Positions 29,470 to 44,226 of a DNA stretch of 64,000 nucleotides are shown piece by piece; the stretch's first letter is position 1; each line of letters opens with the position of its first letter. The notes beneath the pieces are model-generated. The model saw only the letters and a program-made list of their open reading frames with translations. It was not told the DNA's origin and ran no database searches. Source of the DNA: the human T2T-CHM13v2.0 reference genome, Homo sapiens. Location of the stretch: the NCBI RefSeq assembly GCF_009914755.1, contig NC_060936.1; one strand, given 5' to 3'. The position numbers and the translations under genes were made by a program.

Positions 29470-29885
29470 GTTAGCATCCCAGGTTTTTGGTTGTCCCATT
29501 CCCTCTTCTCTCTCAGAGTAACAGAATCCCTAATGTTTAGCTGGGCATATGGTTCCCCAATATGAAGATGCATTTCCCAGCCTCCAGGCAATATGAGCAG
29601 AACTAATATGTGTAACCTCTAAGTTTTGTCCCTAGAGGGAAGAGGCATACCCTTCACTTCCACTTTCCTCCTTTTCTGCCTTATGAGATGTGGGTGTGGT
29701 AGTGTGTCACCTTGAACCATTTGCATAAGGGCAACACCATAGGGATGGCAGAGAATATATAAAGAAAGGATTCACAGAACAAAGCCATCATAACAAATAA
29801 GAGAAATAAACCTCTATCCTGTCCAAGACACTGTTAGTATAGTGTTAGTATAGTGTTAGTGAGCTACACTGTTAGTATATCCTGA
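29470..29885 (+). mobile_element. MLT1J-like MaLR LTR containing a short (TGTTAGTATAG)n repeat
   Basis: catttcccagcctcc...gagaaataaacctctatcctgt motifs. Confidence 0.55.
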
Positions 29886-31726
29886 GTAGCGCAAACTAAT
29901 CTGCATAGATTAATCCCAGAACCTAGCATAGCTTCCATTAGTTGCTTCATAAAGAAGGAAGGAGAGGAGGGAAACGATGTCTAAAGCCTCTATCAGTAAG
30001 GAGACATTTTAGATTATGGCAAGGCTATAGGAATCCAAGAAAGAGATTTTTCTTTAGTTGAATCAACCCACAGGTTTGACCTCTTGCATTTCTTTGCACC
30101 AAGTCAAGCTTGCTATGATGAAAATCTCCAGTCTGATCTTTCTTCACTTTGCCATTAATTGAATGAAAGGCTTTGTTATTATAAGTCCAGTCTTAAATGA
30201 GGCAAGAACTTCCCTCTTTGATTTGTGGCCTTTTGTTCTGAGATGCAGGAGATTTATGAATGTTTCACGGGGCTTTCAAATCCAAATTTATTCTTATGCC
30301 ATTTCTGAGAGATAGACAGAATGCATATCAATATCATTCTATAAATAATCTCCCAAGACATTGCCACCTCCATAAGTAGGTAGTTAAATATTGAATGTTA
30401 AATAAAATGGAAACCCAAAGTAGTAAGTGACTTGCCCAAGGTTAGCACATCAAGAGATAGAACGAAGGCCTTCAGAATTCTTTCTACATCTCAACAGGCA
30501 AAAGATAAAATTCTAACAATTTAAAGATATTAATTGGCTTATTTGCAATTCTAGAATCAGACAACACTTTATTCCACAAAATAGAATAAGTGTTCTAATA
30601 AGCCAAGCAGAGGAGTGTGGTTTTATAGACAGAAAATGGCTAAATAAAGCAGAAAGAAAGAAAAAAAAGCGATTGGTGATTTCAAAGTTGTTTTCCTTTT
30701 AATGAAGGAACCAAGAAATAGAACAATAGAGAAATAACTGATTGTATAATATCAGGTTGCTTTTTCCTTTTTCTTTTTGGTAAGGATTAAAACAGAGAAC
30801 GCTTTATTACCCTGCCAGTTGAAACTGGCCTGTTTGGGAAATTAGACTGTAATCCCTCTCTCCTGATTTCTCAGGTCAGAAAGCAACTCAGTTTCCATTT
30901 GACTGGATGCCATGGAACTTCAATGTAAGGGACACCATTTTGATTTTTAGTCTGGACTGTAGGGGCCCAGTGCGGAAATTGACTCCAAAACAACACTCTC
31001 ATAATTTTTAGCACTGCATAGCAGACTTCATGGACAATAACTTCTGGGGAACCTCTATCATCACAGGATTTGCTGTCAATAAGGTTTCTCTGGAAATACT
31101 AGAAGGTATCTAATTCCTCATTTTTTCTGTTGGAAACCCAAAATGTCTCACTTTTCTCCCCCATCACTTATGAGGAAATACAAGCACATTTTCCTAATTT
31201 ATTTTATACTGACAGTTGGAAAAGGAAAAAAGCAAATAAAATTCCAATTTGTTTCCAAGTAATTAAAATCAATACAATCTCAACTTCTTCCAATCTTTGC
31301 TTCCATGAAAAGCAGCCCATAACAGCAAAGGCCTTGTTCACTTTCCTTTTCTGTTTTTACTAGGAAGTCCTACTGGAAGCATGTAAGCTTGCAAGTTCTC
31401 TTGCTTAAGGCACAAGTATTTGACATTTACATAAAAACATTTTTTAAGAACAACAGCAAGAATCCACCAAATGCTTAATCATGGGAGTTCCTGGCAGGCC
31501 TTGTGGGGGTTTTTTGTTTTGTTTTGTTTTGCCCCCCCAGGGCTTTATGATTTTGATTAAGGTGCCTCAACAGGGGCCTTATATGAGCAGTTACTCAACA
31601 TCAAGGACAAAGAAAACCTTCTATATGTCCTCCAACCCCCTAGGGCCACCAGAGACCTGCAGTGATCAAACCCCAGTGTACACAGGGGCTATATGAAATC
31701 ACCAAATTGCTGGGCATTCTGTGGGC

Positions 31727-32112
31727 CCTTATAGTCCCAGCTACTTCGAAGACAAACAGGAGGATCACTCAAGACCAGATGTTCAAGGCTGTGGTGAGAT
31801 TTGACCACAACTGTGACTAGCTGCATTCCAATCTGTCTCAAAAAAAAAAAAAAAGAAAAAGAAAAAAAAAAACATTTTGGGAGGCCGAGGCGGGTGGATC
31901 ACTTCAGATTGGGAGTTTGAGACCAGCCTGGCAAACATGGTGAAACCCCGTCTCTACTAAAAATACAAAAATTCGCCAGGCGTGGTGGCGCATGCCTGTA
32001 ATCCCAGCCATTTGGGAGGCTGAAGCATGAAAATCGCTTGAACCTGGGAGACGGAGGTTGCAGTGAGCCAAGATGGCTTCAATTGCCCTCCAGTCTGGGT
32101 GACAGAGCGAGA
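31727..32112 (+). mobile_element. Alu right-arm remnant followed by a 5'-truncated AluS
   Basis: Two adjacent Alu segments separated by an A tail. Confidence 0.85.
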
Positions 32113-32145
32113 TGAAAGAAAGGAAGAAAGAAAGAAAGAAGGAAA

Positions 32146-32226
<81 letters not shown>

Positions 32227-32370
32227 GGAAGGAAGGAAGGAAGGAAGGAAGGAAGAAAGAAAGAAAAAGAAAGAAAGAAAGAAAGAAAGAGGAAAAGAAA
32301 AGAAAAGAAAGAAGAAAGAAAAGAAAGAGAAAGAAAAAGAAAGAAAGAGAGAAGGGAGGGAGGGAGGGAA
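32113..32370 (+). repeat. Compound polypurine microsatellite (GAAA)n(GA)n(GGAA)n
   Basis: About 255 nt of G/A-only sequence replacing the Alu tail. Confidence 0.97.
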
Positions 32371-33063
32371 CCAAAAAATTATCAAATTATTTCCAACTCT
32401 TCTTCTTGGTCCTCAAAGTTCTGGCCCATTTCTCCTTCTTTCTATAAGAAATTCCCTGATATTTCTAGTAGCAATCTGGGTAGATTCTCTCCTGGGCTTC
32501 TCCCAGTTCTTCTGCTCCCATCCCCTCTCCATCATCCACAACTATATTTGATATTGACTGATTCATAGATTACTAACACCACTTCTACTATCAGTTCATT
32601 CACATCACATGACAAACAGTGATTGCACACCTACTACATTTCAACCCTCTGGTCACTCCAGGTGTTTTGTTGTACGTTACTTCTGTGGTTAGCCTTTTAC
32701 CTCCTGGCCTAGTTATAGAGTTGGGCCTAGGTATGATATTCAGTTTCTTCTTGGGAGAGTAGTAGGAGCCTTACCAGTGGTCTTCCTCACGTTCTCTGCT
32801 GCACGGGGCCTCCCAAAGTCTGATAGGATGGAGGGCAAGAATGGGCACAAGGAACTATAATCCTTTTTCAATTCTGCTCCTTAGCACTCTTGCATCTGCT
32901 AGCTGGGATCTTACCCAGTGAGATCAATCTCTTTTTCTCTATCTCCATTTGTATTCTTATAGTGGGAGATCAATAAAATACTGACTGCATAAATAAATTA
33001 ATAAATGAAAAGATAGAAGAAATGAATCTTTTCAAGTCAACTTTTTAGATATTCTCTGTTCTC

Positions 33064-33285
33064 CACATAGACACAGAGGGGGAACAACACACAGTGGGGC
33101 CTGTCAGGTGGAGGTGGGGAGAGGGAGGGAGAACATCAGGAAAAATAGCTAATGCATGCTGGGCTTAATACCTAGGTGATGGGTTGATAGATGAAGCAAA
33201 CCACCATGGCACAAGTTTACCTATGCAACAAACCTGCACATCGTGCACATGTACCCCAGAACTTAAAATAAATTTTTTTAAAAAA
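33064..33285 (+). mobile_element. L1 3'UTR fragment (older L1PA)
   Basis: ...gctgggcttaatacctaggtgatgggttgatag...cccagaacttaaaataaa. Confidence 0.85.
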
Positions 33286-35384
33286 GAGAGACAGATTAAC
33301 ACGAAAAAAAAAGATATTCTCTATTCTCAATTCAGTGGGCCACCTTATGACACCAATTCTGTGTGATCCAGCAATAGATGTTTCCAAAATGAGAACATTA
33401 TGTGTTACACAAGCCCAACGATGCAAGAAACCAGAAAAGGGAGCCCAGGAAATTCAGGAATATATTCTACTTTTCCATGCAAGAAGATAAATATAGATGA
33501 TAAGGATGGGGATAAAGAGAAGCCTGGAATAGAACAGAATTCAAAATCACAACTCAAGCAGCATTTTAGATTGAACCAGAAGGAATTTAGCCCTACTACA
33601 TTTTAAGTTTTTAATCAGACAGGAAAATTTAACGGGAAATGTAATGGCATGCTACACCTGGCAACGCTGGCCAGTAACCAAACATCCTGGAAGTATGTTT
33701 ATGGAGGTTGCTGTGTCTTGAACAAAGCTGAGAGCATCTTGCCCTTTAATCAGCATAGGCACTAACCAGAGAAGGCTTCCTACATGCAATTTGCATAGAA
33801 ATCAAATGGGAAAACTAGTCCCACCAGCTTCTTAACTGTGAAATACCAGGATAATTCCAATAATGTCTTGCATTTGTACAGAATTTGACAAGTTTTGTAA
33901 TCGTTTCCAAGCATTATCGTATCTGAGCCTCCCAATATCCGTTGGGGTAGGAGTGATCTCAGTTTTGTTGAATATCTTCAGGACTTTATGCTGATATGTT
34001 TTAGGGAAGAGATATTGGCTTCATTGTCTCAGTTGATGGCATTTTCACGCCCCAAAAAACAAAAACAAAAACCAAGAAAAACAGGGAGTCCAAAAGGAAA
34101 GTTTCTGGAGTCCTGATAAAGGCAGGCTTTCAGGACACCTGACCTTACTTTTCATTATTACCACCTGAAACCTACACACCCTAAAATGGTCATGGTGGGG
34201 TCCCTATCTGTAAAACTCCAGGCTCATAGAGGTTATAAACTTAGAGATCAATAAACTTAAGGTCATTAGGATAGAACTAAATGTAGAGACCAGCCCAATG
34301 CCTTCATTTTAATGAGAAGAAAAATGAAGTTCAGAAAGGTTAGGTAAAATTGTCTGAGTTCCAACCCCAACATGACCTCTAGGCAAATTTCTTAAGCCCT
34401 CTTTGCCTCATTTTCTCCATATGTGATATGAGCATAATACCAACCTGAAGTGGCTGTCGTAAAGATTAGGAACGTCCCTGAAGTTAGTAAGTACTGAGTG
34501 TTTAGCAAGTACTCAATAAATGGCTGATATTACTAATATCATCATCATCATCATCTACCAAGGACACATAGAAGAGTTGGAACTGAAATCTGACTCTAAA
34601 CCCATTATTCTTTCCACCACAGAACATTATCAATTTCTGTGGGAGGAGCTCTTCTGCCCTCTTTGAGGTGTCAAAGACATTAAAAGCAAATTCTTCCATC
34701 TCCACATCAAATGCATAGCAGGAACTGGATTTAGAGCAACCCTAAGGCATGTGATATCAAAATATCATCACCACAGCCCGAAATAAAGGCACAATCAATT
34801 CATCTGAAATCTTTCTTTATCAGTCAAAGAATTTTAGACAATGAGTTCACAGGGGAAAAAATTGTAATTACAGTAATAGGGTCAAGGAATGTATAATTCT
34901 CCCTCTTCATTTCAGTAGCTAATATACCAATGACCTTTATGTGAAAATGGGGGAGGAAGGAGTAGAAAAAAAAATCAGAAAATTGGATACCTGAGAGTTA
35001 TTGCAGACAAACAGAAAAATAAACTCCCATGTAAAGTATAGAATTGGCTGATTCCATCTTAAAGCCAGATACCTCTGGAATAAGACATATAACAAAATAT
35101 AGCTGTTTCACTTGAAGAGGGCCAAAACAGCTAGACTCATCACTAAAGAAAGTACATCAGAGGAGAAACCAGCCATGACATCCAAAAGTACTTTGCTACA
35201 ATAACGTGTAGCTATAGAGTCATAGAATATTAGGCTATAAACACCTAAATAAGAAGCTCAGCCTAACTCTTCTGTGTCTCCCCAGAAGCTAGCCATAGAT
35301 CTGTAACACAGCACATTTTCAAAGCTTGATTAAAAAAAAACAGGAGACCCCAGGTGGGGTAGAACACTCATGAGATAAGTAATA

Positions 35385-35963
35385 GTAAACCAAAAGGTAT
35401 CTGAGACAAGTCTCAATCAGTTTAGAAGGTTTATTTTGCTAAGGTTAAGGATGCACCAGTGACATGGCCTCCGGAGGTCCGGATGACATGTGCCCAGTGT
35501 GACTGGGGTACAGCTTGCTTTTATACATTTTAGGGAGACATAATACATCAATCAATACATGTAAGATTTATTGGTTCCATCTGGAAGGGTGGGACAACTC
35601 GAAGGTCAGGGCTGCTTTTAGGTCATAGGTAGATTTAAAAATATTATGATTGGCAATTGGTTGAAAGAGTTATTGTCAGTGAGAAGAAATGTCTAGGTTA
35701 CAAAAAGGGGTTATGGAGACCTAGGTTTTGTCATGCAGATGAAGCCTCCAAGTAGGAGGCTTTAGAGAGAATAGACTGTATGTATTTCTTATCAGACTTA
35801 AGGTCTGTGTTGATGTCAGTCAGGGGTATAATAAGGCATGTCCAAGCCCCACTTCCCTTCATGGTCTGAACCAGTCTTTCAGATTAAATTTACAGTGTCC
35901 TGGCCAAGGAAGAAGTCCATTCAGATGGGGATGAGGAGGCTTCAAATTTCATCTTTGTTTTAC
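35385..35963 (-). mobile_element. MER4-family ERV1 solo LTR
   Basis: aaaccaaaaggtatctgagacaagtctcaatc...gatgacatgtgccc...tttaca. Confidence 0.75.
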
Positions 35964-36913
35964 ATAATGATATGATCATAAGTTCCCATGTGTCCACTGA
36001 GGCACTGGGATCCCACATGATTAGACAACCCAGAGAATGACATCAGATTCTGGACCTGCTGACCATATCCTCCTATAATACATCCCACTCACCCCTACTT
36101 GCCACGTGAGGTGCCTTGAGTTATATAGTGCTGCCACAGTGGCCCTTTCTCAGATCTAGGGACCAGAAGAAAGGGCAGAATAAAGAGCACATTTTCCAGC
36201 TGTTTCCTGATCAAGAAGAGCCCTGATCTGCAGCAGAGCCCAAGGGAACAATAATGACACTGTAATCTCACAAAAAGATGGTAGGGAGAGTCTGAAAAGA
36301 AAAACTATACTGAAAATAGAGAGAAACCCCCAGACCCCTAAAATGGTCATCAAAAGAGAAATTGCCAACCTTCTTCTGGTTCCATTCTCAACTTCTTGTC
36401 CATTGAATTTCCAAATAGGCTGCTAGATGTCATATTCCCAATTCTAATCAGAATTGCCTTTCCAATCGCAGTCCTCACTAGGTTGAACCTGAGATATTCT
36501 CCTGACTGCTTTTTCTCTTTGGCTTTTCCAGTGGATTCTTTTCTCAATTCTTCACCAAATAATTCCGTCAAACCACCAATGAATTTCTGACTGGAATCCT
36601 GTTCCAAAATTTCCCTGAACTATCTGCTGGTATCCCCCAGTCTGTGGACAATGCTGAAGACATTTAAAAAGGCATAAAGCAAATGTAAGCAAAACACTGA
36701 GCATTTAAGCAGTCAGATCAATGTCTGTTGTCTCTCCTATCTCTCTCATCCTGAAACAGGAGAGTAGATGGCACACCTACAATTTTCAGTCACCGCCAGT
36801 GATAGAAACACTCTATAACTGCTGTCCAATATCATAGCCACTAGTCACATGTGGTTATTGAGCATTTGAATTTTTAATTTTATTTAATTTTGAGGGTTTT
36901 TTCTGAGACTGGG

Positions 36914-37293
36914 TGATATGGTTTGGTTCTGTGTCCCCACCCAAATTTCACGTTGAATTGTAATCCCCATGTGTTGAAAGAGGGGCCTGGTGGGAGGTGA
37001 TTGAATCATGGGGGTGAACTTCTCCCTTGCTGTTTTCATGATGAAGTTCTCACGAGATCTGGTTGATTAAAAGTACGCAGCACTTCCCCCTTTGCTCTCT
37101 CTCTCCTGTCACCATATGAAGATGTACTTGCTTCCCCTTCACCTTCTGCCATGACTGTAAGTTTCCTGAGCCCTCCTCCCCCAGCCTTGCCTCCTGTACA
37201 TCCTTTAGGGGTTTAGTCAATTAAACCTCTTTTCTTTATAAGTTATCCAGTCTCGGGTAGTTCTTTACAGCAGTGTGAGAACGGACTAATGCA
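36914..37293 (+). mobile_element. MSTA solo LTR inserted into an Alu fragment
   Basis: tgatatggtttgg...ggactaatgca; the flanks gagac-t/caggg-tctcactatgttgcccaggct rejoin as an Alu end. Confidence 0.85.
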
Positions 37294-37697
37294 CAGGGTC
37301 TCACTATGTTGCCCAGGCTTCTAAATTATGGAATAGATCCCTTTTTCCTGCTCCCTGTTGAGTCTAATTTCCCATGTCAGGAATGAGAGTTTCCTCAGAA
37401 AAAAGAAGAATATATAGAAATAACAGAGACATTTGGGACTTTGCTAGCACAAACACAACCTGAATCACTCTCCTAAAACCGTTCTTGTGGTCCTGCTTTA
37501 TCCACAGACCAAATTGATTGCCACTATCCTAATTTATCCTTATTATTATTGATATTTAAAAAGAACACTGTAGGAATAATCTTTCTTAGTACTGGTATAG
37601 AACATTGTCATGGTATAGACATTTGTTCTGTTTCCAGGGGTTTTCACATTTCTTTCTCATTTAGAAGAATTATCATTCATTTAAAAAGTATATATTA

Positions 37698-38015
37698 AGG
37701 AGCTGGGTGCAGTGGTTCAATGCTTGTGAGCCCAGCATTTTGGGAGGCAAAAGGAGGATCACTTGAGGCTGGGAGTTTGAGACCAGTCCAGGCAACATAG
37801 TGAGATCCCATCTCTACAAAAAATTCAAAACTTAGCCAGGCTTAGTGATGTGTGCCTGTAGCCCCAGCTATTCAGGAGGCTGAGGTGGGAGGATGGCTTG
37901 AGCACAGGAGTTTGAGGCTACGGTGAGCCATGATTGGGCCACTGCACTCCAGTTTGGGTAACAGAGCAAGACTATGTCTTTTTATTAAAAAAAAAAGAAA
38001 AGAAAAAAACAACAA
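37698..38015 (+). mobile_element. Alu (AluJ)
   Basis: Full dimer. Confidence 0.9.
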
Positions 38016-38120
38016 ACAGTTAAGGGCAGCAGACAGTCAAGTGAGGTATCCAAGTAAGCTAAAGAAGAATGTATTCACGAGCCCATTTTCTCTTTATCTC
38101 TCTTTGATTTAAGAGTCTTT

Positions 38121-40280
38121 GATTGTAGGTGTGTGGTCTTATTTCTGGGCTCTCTATTCTGTTCTAGTGGTTTATTTGTCTGTTTTTGTATCAGTACCAT
38201 GCTGTTTTGGTTACTGTAGCCCTGTAGCATAGTTTGAAGTTGGGTAGTGTGATGCCTCCAGCTTTGTTCTTTTTGCTTAGGATTGCCTTGGCTATTCAGG
38301 CCCTTCTTTGGTTCCACATGAATTGTAAAAGTTTTTTTCTAGTTCTGTGAAGAATGTCAATGGTAGTTTAAAAGGAAGAGCATCAAATCTATAAATTGCT
38401 CTGGACAGTATAACTACTTTAACAATATTTATTCTTCCTATCCATGAGCATGGAATGTTTTTCCATTTGTGTCCTCTCTGATTTCCTTTAGCAGTGTTTT
38501 GTAGTTCTCCTTGTAGAGATCTTTCACTTCCCTGGTTAGCTGTATTCCTAAGTGTTTTATTATTTTTGTGGCAATTGTGAATGGGATTGCATTCCTGATT
38601 TGGCTCTTGGTTTGACTGTTGTTGATGTATAAGAATGCTAGTGATTTTTGCGCATTGATTTTGTATCCTGAGACTTTGCTGAAGTTGTTCACAGCTTAAG
38701 GAGCTTTTGGGCTGAGACTATGGAATTTTCTAGATATAGGATCATGTTATCTGCAGACAGGAATAGTTTGATTTCCTCCCTTCCTATTTGGATATGCTTT
38801 ATTTCTTTCTCTTGCCTGATTTCCCTGGCCAGGACTTCCAATATTACATTGAATAGGTGTAATGACAGAGGGCATCCTTGTCTTGTGCTGGTTTTCAAGA
38901 GGAACACTTCTAGTTTTTGCCCATTTAGTGTGATGTTGGCTGTGGTTTCTTATAGATGGCTCTTATTATATTGAGTTGTGTTCCTTCACTATCTGATCTT
39001 CGACAAACCTGACAAAAACAAGCAATGGGAAAAGGAATCTCTATTCAATAAATGGTGCTGGGATAACTGGTTAGCCACATGCAGAAGATGAAAACTGAAC
39101 CTCTTCCTTACACCATATACAAAAATTAAGTGAAGATAGATTAAACACTTACATGTAAAATCCAAAACTATAGAAAACCTGGAATACAATCTAGGCAATA
39201 CCATTCTGGACATAGAAACAGGCAAAGACTTCATGACAAAGACCCCAAAAGCAATTGCAACAAAAGCAAAAATTAACAAATGGGATTTAACTTAAGAGCT
39301 TCTGCTCAGCAAAGGAAACTATCAACAAGGTTAACAGACAACCTACACAACGGAAGAAAATTTTTGCAAGCTATGCATCTGACAAAAGTCTAATATCCAG
39401 CATCTATAAGGAACTTAAGCAAATCACCCATTAAAAAGTGGGCAAAGGACATAAACAGACACTTTTCAAAAGAAGACATACATATCACCAAAAATCATAT
39501 GAAAAAAAAGCTCAACATCACTAATCTTTAGAGAAATGCAAATCAAAACCACAATGAGATAACATCTGACACTAGACAGAATGGCTATCATGAAAAAGCA
39601 AAAAATAACAGATGTTGGCAAGGCTGTGGAGTAAGAGGAATGCTTATACACTGTTCGTGGGAGCGTAAATTAGTTCAACCATCATGGAAGACAGTGTGGT
39701 AATTCCTCAAAGATCTAAAAACAGAAATACCGTTCAACCTAGCAATCCCATTGCTGGGTATATTCCCAAAGAAATATAAATTGTGCTGTTATAAAGACAC
39801 ATGCGCTCATATGTTCATTGCAGCACTATTCACTATAGCAGACATGGAATCAACCTAAATGCTCATCAATAGCAGACTAGATAAAGAAAATGTGGTACAT
39901 ATACACCATGGAATGCTATGCAGTCATTAAAAAGAGCAAGATCATGTCCTTTGCAGCAACATGGACAGAGCTGGAGGCCATTATCCTCAGCAAACTAATG
40001 CAGGAACAGAAAACCAAATACCGTATGTTCTCACTTATTAGTGGGACCTAAATGGAGAGAACACATGGACACATAGAGGGGAGCAACACACACTGGGGCC
40101 TATCAGAGGGTGAAGGTGGAAGGAGGGAGATCAGGAAAAAGAACTAATGGGTACTAGGCTTAATATCTGGGTGATGAAACAAATCTATACAACAAACCCC
40201 CATGACACAAGTTTCCTATGAAACAAACCTGCCCATGTACCCCTGGACTCAAAATAAAAGTTAAATTTTTTAAAAAAAGA
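38121..40280 (+). mobile_element. 5'-inverted (twin-primed) truncated L1, older L1PA
   Basis: 38121-38988 is ORF2 antisense ([15 protein letters not shown]); 38989-40280 is sense through to the poly(A). Confidence 0.9.
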
Positions 40281-41543
40281 AGTTCTTGGTAATGCCCACA
40301 AGAACTTTATCTCTGTCTATCATAGCAGGTTCCACCTCTCAGTTCTCCACCTATCCAAGGGCAGAGGGCAGAGATTCTCATCAGCAAAGCAGTCAGGTAA
40401 TTGCCAACAATCCAAGTAAATTCAGGACTTAGACTCCATTCTAGATTTTGCCTCTGACTGACTTTAAGCTAGTTTTCTTCAGGAGAAGGACGCAAAATAA
40501 CACTTTTCTTTTAAAGAATTGTTATGCTAATCTCCGTGGGGGAACAGATGTAATTACTTACTATTCTTTACAGTCCCAAACATCTTGAATTTGCTGTGGC
40601 TTGGAAGGCAAACAAATCCTCACAGCCTCTCTTACTGTGATTCCACTGCAAAGGTGAGACAACTTCCATGGCAAACTTAATGGTAATATTTTCTAATTGA
40701 GTTACCCCTACTCTTCTTCTTCCAAGACATTTTCTCCCCAACATAATCCTCGCAGTCTTTATTTAATCAGAGTCTGTGTCTAATACATTACAGATGCTCA
40801 AAGAAACATTTCATATAAGAGTGAAATAATTAATGGTGTGGGAAACAGATCAAAAAGCTCAGCCAGACCCAGGTTAGATGGGACTCATAAAGACTTCCTT
40901 GACAGTCAGGTGAATGAGAAAGCCAGCAGCCAGGAAACCGGGCTGTCCCTCTGACATGAACATCTTGGAAATTCCAAATAAGCATTACTGAGATGCTGAA
41001 GAGGAATAGTTAGCTGGCCAGGGCAAAGGGAACAGCAAAAAGCAGAGTTTACAGGGCCTGGAGAGCAACTGAGTTACCTGATTTACGTTGGTTGGTGCTA
41101 GACTCCCTTGGAGTGGGCAGAAGAGGCTACCAGTCACCTTCCTCATGGTGGGCAGTCTTCTGTTTCCAATGGGAAATGCATGGAGAAACAAAGCAGTGAA
41201 GTACCTGGAGGGCAGCCGTGCTAAGGTAAGGCAAAAACCAAGCCCTAGTCCTTCTCTCACTTTCAAGTCTTCTTAAGGGAGGAAGAGATTTGATAGATTA
41301 TCCACTAAATTTCATTGGGACAGTCACTAGGGGCTGGATGGGTGGAAGTCATTTTATATAAGGCCAAATCAAAGATTTTTAAAACAAGTTAAGGATAAAG
41401 AAAAGTAAAAGGCGGAAGATGATAAATGAGAAGTAACTTGGAATCACATTAAATACAGCCATCACAGTAAAAAAAAAAAAAAAAAAAAAATCTATTGAGC
41501 TCTTGCTGGGATTGAACAGAGATGACCAGTTTAATAATTCAAT

Positions 41544-41830
41544 GGGCCTAGAACAATGGCCCAAACTTGTAATCCTAGCACTTTGGGAGGCTGAGGAAGG
41601 AGGATCACTTGAGTTCAAGAGTTCAAGACCAGCCTGGACAACATGTCTCTACAAATAATTTAAAAAGTAGCCGGGCATGGTGGTGCATGCCTGTGGTCCC
41701 AGCTACTCAGAAGGCTGAGGCAGGAGGATCATGTGAGCCCAGGAGGTCAAGGAAGCAGTGAGCTGTGACTGTGCCCCTGCACTCCAGCCTGGGTGACACA
41801 GCGATATTCTGTTAAAAAAAAAAAAAATAA
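41544..41830 (+). mobile_element. Alu (AluJ)
   Basis: Dimer with a small internal deletion. Confidence 0.87.
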
Positions 41831-42485
41831 TGGAACGATTTGTAAAAAACAAACAAACAAAAAAGCAAGTAGAAAATATCAGAGACAATTCAAGATCATT
41901 ATAACCATGACCTTTAATTAAAATTAAGAGAATAAAACTAAAAGAACAACAGAACTAGAAAAAATCCACAGACATAGAAAAATATAAAATGTATTCTGTA
42001 GTTGTAAATAATACTCTAGGAATACATAGGTTCTGGCAAAACCCAATTTGCTGTTCAGGTTATGTTTTGGCTTTAAAATGTGTTGTCCTAACTTGAGGAA
42101 ATAGGGGATAGAGAGGGTAAAGATGATAGGAAAATGAAAACACTGGCTAAATAAAGTCATTAGAAGGCAAAGAAGAAGGTAAAGGGAAAAATTCATGGTA
42201 AATTAGGTTGGAAGATAAGAGGATGAAAAGAAGTAGCTTTCTCACTTATTTTAGTAATAATTGTTATGAGTGAGCATAATTTGCCTTTAAAAGGGGTAAA
42301 TTTTTTTAAGAAAATATAGATGTTTGCACTCCTTATTACATGTTCTGACTTGTATATTAAGTCATTTAACAAATATGTATTGTATCAGGCATTGTTCTAA
42401 GCACTAGTAGGAAATAAAATAGGCGAAGTCCCTGCTATCATAGTGAAGGAAGAGAGACATAAAAATAAACAAATATAATAAATTA

Positions 42486-42674
<189 letters not shown>

Positions 42675-43539
42675 TTATTGATAGGGCTGGTGTGGTAGGT
42701 CCAGAGGAATCTAGGGCCCATGCTATTTTATATGAGGGCTCCAAGAAGGTCTCTCTGAGAAAAGTTTTCAAGAAAATGAGGGAGAAAGACAGATGCTATC
42801 TGGAGAAAGAATGTTCCAGGCAGCAGGAACAGCAGTGCAAAGGCCCTGAAGTGGCATGGAAATGGCTTTGGTTCATTTTCTTCATGTACTTCTGCTTGGT
42901 CTTCTCTCAATATAGGAGGACTAAAATTAAGAGCCACCAGACAGAAAGTTTCATGAGGCAAATATGAATTTACCAGATTCAATTTGTTCAACAAATATCT
43001 TTTGAGTACCTGTGAGATAAACCAAGCACTGTTCTAGGTGCTAGGGCACAAACTTTCCAAAACAAAGTTTCTGGCCCTAATGAAGCATCCCATCGTAAAG
43101 GCAGGGACTGACAAGTAGGCCAAAGTAGTAAAGAATACATAGTGTGCTATACAGCACAAGTGCTAAGAAGAAAAGCAAAGCAGTGAAGAGGCATAGGGAC
43201 TGAGTGTGTTGGTGGGGGATGAGCCCCAGAACCCAGATGGATCTTGAAAGGAGCATGGGTGTGTCAATAAGGAAAATATTCGCAGCTGATTTTCCGATCC
43301 TGGAACCATAGAGAAGGGTTAGACACAAACAATCCTTGTGGATGAAGCAAGTAGTTAAACATTAACACAAAGAACTAAGACCCAAAACAATACAGACAAC
43401 AACAGGAAGCAAATATTAAGGCCGTTGCTGATTAACTTATTCAGTAAGCATTTTCAGTAAGTATTTTTAGGTAAGCTTACAGAATGCAAAGTGAAGCTAG
43501 AAGATAAAGTTAAATGAGCTCACAAAGTGTGGGGGAATA

Positions 43540-44180
43540 CATCTGGGAGGTGAGGTGCACCTCTGCCCGGCCGCCCCATCTGGGAAGTGAGGAGCGCCTC
43601 TGCCTGGCCGCCCCATCTGGGAAATGAGGTGCGCCTCTGCCCGGCCGCCCCATCTGGGAAGTGTACCCAACAGCTCCGAAGAGATAGCGACCATCGAGAA
43701 CGGGCCATGATGACGATGGCGGTTTTGTCAAAAAGAACAGGGGGAAATGTGGGGAAAAGAAAGAGAGATCAGATTGTTACTGTGTCTGTGTAGAAAGAAG
43801 TTGACATAGGAGACACCATTTTGTTCTGTACTAAGAAAAATTCTTCTGCCTTGGGATGCTGTTATTCTATAACCTTATCCCCAACCCTGCGCTCTCTGAA
43901 ACATGTGCTGTGTCCACTCAGGGTTAAATGGATTAAGGGTGGTGCAAGATGTGCTTTGTTAAACAGATGCTAGAAGGCAGCATGCTCCTTAAGAGTCATC
44001 ACCATTCCCTAATCTCAAGTACCCAGGGACACAAACACTGCGGAAGGCCGCAGGGACCTCTACCTAGGAAAACCAGAGACCTTTGTTCACCTGTTTATCT
44101 GCTGACCTTCTCTCCACTATCATCCTATGACCCTGCCACATCCCCCTCTCTGAGAAACACCCAAGAATGATCAATAAATA

Positions 44181-44221
<41 letters not shown>
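43540..44221 (+). mobile_element. 5'-truncated SVA (VNTR remnant, SINE-R, poly(A))
   Basis: About 3 VNTR units catctgggaagtgagg...ctctgcccggccgccc; HERV-K-derived SINE-R; AATAAA; 39-nt A tail; degenerate TSD aaagtgtgggggaat / aaagggcaggggaat. Confidence 0.95.

Positions 44222-44226
<5 letters not shown>

Noticed and set aside
31904-32551. Long K/E/R-rich and F/L/S-rich ORFs
   Set aside because: Translation artefacts of the GA microsatellite and the Alu
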